A stretch of DNA of 30,537 nucleotides from the NCBI GenBank assembly GCA_964615185.1, contig CAZTOS010000021.1:1-30537 (forward strand), given 5' to 3'. The notes under the pieces were generated by a model. It was not told where the DNA came from and searched no databases. It worked only from the letters and a program-made list of their open reading frames with translations. The position numbers were made by a program, and so were the translations under genes. The stretch's first letter is position 1, and the number at the start of each line of letters is the position of its first letter. Below are positions 26,390 to 30,537 of the stretch, piece after piece. The DNA comes from an uncultured Thermococci archaeon (lineage in GTDB: Archaea > Methanobacteriota_B > Thermococci > Thermococcales > Thermococcaceae).

Positions 26390-28159
26390 ATGGATGCTTA
26401 CAGAAAAGCTTGCGAGGAAATCGCTCAGATGATAATTTCGGGTGAGATTAAAAGTAGAGAGGAATTAAACAAAGTTAAGGTTAGAGTTGCGAGAAAATAT
26501 CATTTGAGTAAGCTTCCTGGTAACGCTGACATTTTGAGAGTTATGAGTAAAGAGGATAGGGAGAAGTTCAAAGACTTCCTTAAGAAGAAGCCTACGAGGA
26601 CAATAAGCGGTGTTGCAGTTGTTGCAATGATGACAAAGCCTTTTCCATGTCCTCACGGTAGATGCATTTATTGTCCTGGAGGTCCTAGTGAAGGTTCGCC
26701 GCAGAGCTACACTGGAAAAGAACCGTCAGCTTTGAGAGCAATTCAAAGTGCTTATCACCCTTACATAATCATGCTCCGTCGTTTAAAGCAGCTCTATGAC
26801 ATAGGGCATGACATTGACAAGGTTGAAGTGATTATTCAAGGCGGAACATTTCCAGCAATGGACTTGGATTATCAAGAATGGTTCATAAAAAATGCATTTA
26901 AGGCAATGAACGACTTTCCTTACTTTAAGGACGTAGAGAACCTTGAGGAAAAGCTGATTAGGGTTTTAGTTAAAAAAGACTACTCGGTATTTGATGAAGA
27001 TCCAAAGTTTAAAGCCGCTTGGGAGAGAACCCATAAGAAAAAATACTACTACCTCGAAGACGAGCAGAAAAAGAATGAGAAGGCAAAGGTCAGAATGGTC
27101 GGCTTGACTATTGAAACTCGCCCTGACTGGTCTTTTGAGAGACACATCGACAGAATGCTTGCCTTTGGTACTACAAGAGTGGAGCTTGGTGTTCAGACTG
27201 TTTTCAACTTCATATATGCGAGAGTTAGGAGAGGACATACCGTTGAAGACGTTGTTAGGGCGACTCAGCTTTTGAAGGATGCTGGACTTAAAATAAACTA
27301 CCACATGATGCCCGGTTTGCCGGGAAGCAACTTTGAGAGGGATTTAAAGGCCTTCCAGATAATCTTTGAAGATTCTCGCTTTAAACCAGATATGTTGAAG
27401 ATTTATCCGACGCTTGTAACGGAGGATACAATCCTGTACAAATGGTACAAAGAAGGCAAATATAGGCCATACACTACTGAAGAAGCAGTTGAGCTCTTAG
27501 TGGAGGTTTACAAGATAATTCCAAAGTGGGTTCGCGTTATGAGGATTCAGAGAGACATTCCCGTTCCTCTAATTGCTGCTGGGGTTAAGCACTCCAACTT
27601 AGGACAGCTCGTCTTCAACGAGCTCATCAAGAGAGGCATAAGGCCAAGAGAGATTAGATTCAGAGAGGTTGGTCATGTAATGCAGAAATTTGGAATTCAG
27701 CCAGAAGTTGAGCACATAAAGCTTTTGAGAGAGGATTATGAAGCAAGTGAAGGTCATGAAATCTTTCTTAGTTTTGAAGATGTTAAGAATGACATTCTAA
27801 TTGGATTCCTTAGGTTGAGGATTCCGAGCGAAAAAGCCCATCGCAAAGAGATTAACTGCTGTCCCTCCGCAATTGTTAGGGAGCTTCACGTTTACGGACC
27901 TCTTGTTCCGATTGGGGGCAAACCTAAATACGAGTGGCAGCACAGAGGATATGGAAGAGAGCTTTTGGCAGAGGCAGAGAGAATAGCAAAGGAAGAGTTT
28001 GATGTCAAGAAGATGCTTGTCATCAGCGGCGTTGGAGTTAGGGAATATTACAGAAAGTTCGGTTATAGAAAAGACGGTCCCTACGTGAGCAAACGCTTAG
28101 ATAAAAGCTATGCTGACTTTGGAAAGAGCAAAAAGTTTGATGCGCATTTGAATACCTGA
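26390..28159 (+). CDS. elp3: tRNA U34 carboxymethyltransferase, Elp3 radical SAM/GNAT enzyme
   Basis: CPHGRCIYCPGG, ETRPD, RVELGVQ, KIYP, RELHVYG, QHRGYG and ISGVGVREYY motifs. Confidence 0.96.
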   Translation: MDAYRKACEEIAQMIISGEIKSREELNKVKVRVARKYHLSKLPGNADILRVMSKEDREKFKDFLKKKPTRTISGVAVVAMMTKPFPCPHGRCIYCPGGPSEGSPQSYTGKEPSALRAIQSAYHPYIIMLRRLKQLYDIGHDIDKVEVIIQGGTFPAMDLDYQEWFIKNAFKAMNDFPYFKDVENLEEKLIRVLVKKDYSVFDEDPKFKAAWERTHKKKYYYLEDEQKKNEKAKVRMVGLTIETRPDWSFERHIDRMLAFGTTRVELGVQTVFNFIYARVRRGHTVEDVVRATQLLKDAGLKINYHMMPGLPGSNFERDLKAFQIIFEDSRFKPDMLKIYPTLVTEDTILYKWYKEGKYRPYTTEEAVELLVEVYKIIPKWVRVMRIQRDIPVPLIAAGVKHSNLGQLVFNELIKRGIRPREIRFREVGHVMQKFGIQPEVEHIKLLREDYEASEGHEIFLSFEDVKNDILIGFLRLRIPSEKAHRKEINCCPSAIVRELHVYGPLVPIGGKPKYEWQHRGYGRELLAEAERIAKEEFDVKKMLVISGVGVREYYRKFGYRKDGPYVSKRLDKSYADFGKSKKFDAHLNT

Positions 28160-28160
28160 G

Positions 28161-29831
28161 TCAGTTCACTACTATCTCAACCCCATCTATCTCCATCTCT
28201 TCCTTCTCGATCTTCTCAAATTTTTGCTTTTCCCAGTTTATTCTATACGAGGAACCATCAACATTGGCAATCCAGTCATTTGGGTCGATGATTACCTTGA
28301 GTGGTCTTTCTTTTAGTTTAACTTGCAAAATAGCAGAACCGTTTATGAAAATCCTCTTCGTGAGGCTCTCGGTGGGAGTTACAATTTTTACTTCAAGCGG
28401 CATTGCAAAACCGTTTTTCTCGGTTATGTTGAGTATCAATCCGTTTTGAATGACTTCCAAGCTGGAGACCGTGAAGTTTGGGTAATCTGCCGTGTAAAAC
28501 CACTCTTTGAAGAACCACTCTAAATCTGTATTGCTCAGGTTCTCGTAGATACCTTTTATCAGGTTTAGTGTTTCTTCAGTTTGAGTGCAATCTCTAACGT
28601 GACAGACCTCAAGGAGCTCCCTGAGTCCTTTGAAAAACATCTTGTTTCCTACAACAAACTGAAGGGAGCGGAGGATGAAAGCACCACGATAATAAAGATT
28701 TGAGGTTATCTCTATCATCCGAAATGCTTGGATATCTTTTATCTCCACTATTGGTATTCTCTTTTTTGAGCTAAAACAGAGTGCTTCCCATTTATCTAGG
28801 TTCTCAGGTGTTAGGTTATATGTAGAAATTGATACATATGTGGCAAAAGGTTCGTTTAGAATTCCAAGGTCAGCATACATCGCAAACCAGTTATGGGCAA
28901 TCTCATGAGGAATAACACTTTTGAATTGTGTCCCCAATGCTCCTCCATGTAGACCATACCCTTCATACTCACTCCTATGCCCCTTGAACCTTATGTAGAT
29001 CAGCTCATCGTAAGGATATGAAATGAGGTGGGTGGAGTAAACCTTCAGAATTTTTGAGAGTTCATCCGTTACATCCCCTTCATCAGTAAGGGCTATGACT
29101 TTTATGTTTCTGTCATTGATCTTTATTGTCTTCTCATAAACGTCCCATCTTCCGAGCAAGATGTAGAATCTTCTGCCGTCTGTGTGGAACGTATCCTCTT
29201 CCGGAAGGAGCGGTTTGTATTTACCATTTGGGAGTTTCAAAATACCTGCAAGAGTGTAATTTGTTGGATAATGAGAAACTCTAATCGTAAAATTTCCTCT
29301 CAGCTTGGAGGGAAGCATGTAAGCCTCTGGTGGAATGTAAAAATAATCCTTAGTTGATTTCATCTGCCATTCAATAGGGTCTCGCATGTTGATATCGAGC
29401 AAAGGCTGATAATGCGAAGTATAGAAAAGCCTAATCTTTTGTGTGCTTTTGGTAGGAGTCACGTTGAGTAACAAAAGTCCGTGTTCTCCATCATGGAATC
29501 CTTTTACACTCACTTTTGCACCACAGACCTCTATTTTCTCGATATCCAACCTTAAAATGGATAAATTCTCAAAGAGAAAGGGTATTACGGAGGGAGAGCT
29601 TAAGGAAAGCTCAATCTCTTGAGTTCCTTTAATTGTGACATTCCATCCATCAAAAGTTATATTGAGGGATATGCTTCCGTTAGCGGTGTTGTTTTCCCAC
29701 TTCGCTTCAAAAAGACGTTTAGCATTTGTAGTCTTTGAGAATTGGAACTCTCTAAGATCTGTTCTATGGGGGCTGATACACATAACTATAAGAACTGTTA
29801 GGGCTATCACGATGATAAAACGTGCCTTCAT
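28161..29831 (-). CDS. Secreted/anchored M1-like (gluzincin) metallo-aminopeptidase
   Basis: N-terminal hydrophobic signal, HEIAH..NE zinc motif, YYRGAFIL, and WFFKEWFY..P and IDP C-terminal M1 features. Confidence 0.8.
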   Translation of the reverse strand: MKARFIIVIALTVLIVMCISPHRTDLREFQFSKTTNAKRLFEAKWENNTANGSISLNITFDGWNVTIKGTQEIELSLSSPSVIPFLFENLSILRLDIEKIEVCGAKVSVKGFHDGEHGLLLLNVTPTKSTQKIRLFYTSHYQPLLDINMRDPIEWQMKSTKDYFYIPPEAYMLPSKLRGNFTIRVSHYPTNYTLAGILKLPNGKYKPLLPEEDTFHTDGRRFYILLGRWDVYEKTIKINDRNIKVIALTDEGDVTDELSKILKVYSTHLISYPYDELIYIRFKGHRSEYEGYGLHGGALGTQFKSVIPHEIAHNWFAMYADLGILNEPFATYVSISTYNLTPENLDKWEALCFSSKKRIPIVEIKDIQAFRMIEITSNLYYRGAFILRSLQFVVGNKMFFKGLRELLEVCHVRDCTQTEETLNLIKGIYENLSNTDLEWFFKEWFYTADYPNFTVSSLEVIQNGLILNITEKNGFAMPLEVKIVTPTESLTKRIFINGSAILQVKLKERPLKVIIDPNDWIANVDGSSYRINWEKQKFEKIEKEEMEIDGVEIVVN

Positions 29832-29894
29832 ATGTTCATTTTTCCATTCCGAGAGATTTAAAAGTTTTGGGAACAGATTTCATAAGGGTTAAAA

Positions 29895-30410
29895 ATGCGC
29901 TTTAGACCCAAACCTCTCAAAGATGACGTTAAATTTGAATGCAAATTCTGTATAGATTGCTGCCGTGGGAGGTTTATCTACCTCACACTTTACGACATCA
30001 AAAGGATAATCGAGCATGGTCATGACCCTCAAGACTTCATTCTCTTCACGGCTGAAAATGGAAAAATTAGGTTTGTCTTGGCTTACAGGGAGTGGGATTT
30101 GGGCTGCGTCTTTCATGACCCAGAGACGGGCAAATGCAAAATCCATGACTACAATCCATTAGTCTGTCAGATTTACCCGTTTATGGTCTCTCACAAACCT
30201 TTGGGCATTGAGAATGAGGAACCTTTTGAATACAAAGGAGAAAAACTCTGGCTGTATTATGATGAAAGCTGTCCGGGAATAGGGGGAGGAAAAGAAATCA
30301 TCACAAGAGAAGAGATAGCTGAGCTTGGTTTGAAATTCAAGGAGGAGTTTGATAAGACTGATTTGGATGGGCTGAGTAAGATTTTAGACGAAGCCGAAAA
30401 ACAGATATAA
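29895..30410 (+). CDS. YkgJ-family cysteine-cluster (Zn/Fe-chelating) protein
   Basis: CxxCxxCC...CVF...CKIH..PLVCQIYPF...CPG pattern. Confidence 0.88.
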   Translation: MRFRPKPLKDDVKFECKFCIDCCRGRFIYLTLYDIKRIIEHGHDPQDFILFTAENGKIRFVLAYREWDLGCVFHDPETGKCKIHDYNPLVCQIYPFMVSHKPLGIENEEPFEYKGEKLWLYYDESCPGIGGGKEIITREEIAELGLKFKEEFDKTDLDGLSKILDEAEKQI

Positions 30411-30431
30411 CACTCCACTCTTAATTTTGAT

Positions 30432-30537
30432 ATGAGATGGAAGTCGGATATTTTGCTTGGGTGTTTTGTTTTCCAAGCCGTTACTAACCTTGCGTTCTAC
30501 GGTTTTGTGCCAATCATGTTTTCCACCATCATTCCAA
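30432..30537 (+). CDS. Possible membrane protein N-terminus, cut by the window edge
   Basis: Open frame MRWKSDILLGCFVFQAVTNLAFYGFVPIMFSTIIP continues to the end of the window; no clear RBS. Confidence 0.35.
   Translation, partial: MRWKSDILLGCFVFQAVTNLAFYGFVPIMFSTIIP

Noticed and set aside
1..30537. CRISPR array, cas genes, rRNA genes or inteins
   Set aside because: No regularly spaced 30-40 bp repeats, no long GC-rich rRNA-like tract, and hisS, alaS and elp3 have ordinary lengths.

Overview
This is an archaeal chromosome segment, most likely from Thermococcales (inferred from GGTGA/GGAGG ribosome-binding sites, BRE/TATA promoters, C/D sRNAs and the gene set). It is mostly housekeeping and translation genes: tRNA-Pro(CGG), Dol-P glycosyltransferase, eL41, dph2, METTL5-type methyltransferase, hisS, alaS, Nif3, elp3, and an Ala/Ser racemase next to a Na+/alanine symporter. 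Three C/D-box sRNAs are also visible. There are three accessory spots. (1) A split SSV-type integrase N-fragment reads into the tRNA. (2) A ~1.45 kb transposase-less element (~12665-14112) has IS607-like GG junctions and a 16-bp subterminal inverted repeat. It carries an unannotated RHH gene coupled to a Zn-finger-less TnpB, plus a GC-rich structured RNA that appears to be transcribed divergently, upstream of tnpB and out of the left end. That RNA is a candidate inverted omegaRNA and the most interesting feature here. The element sits between a 3'-truncated vapC and a 5'-truncated marC. (3) An AT-rich islet after hisS encodes a tandem PD-(D/E)xK nuclease with a C-terminal PCNA-binding PIP-box-like motif. 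All calls come from reading motifs by eye; no searches were run.
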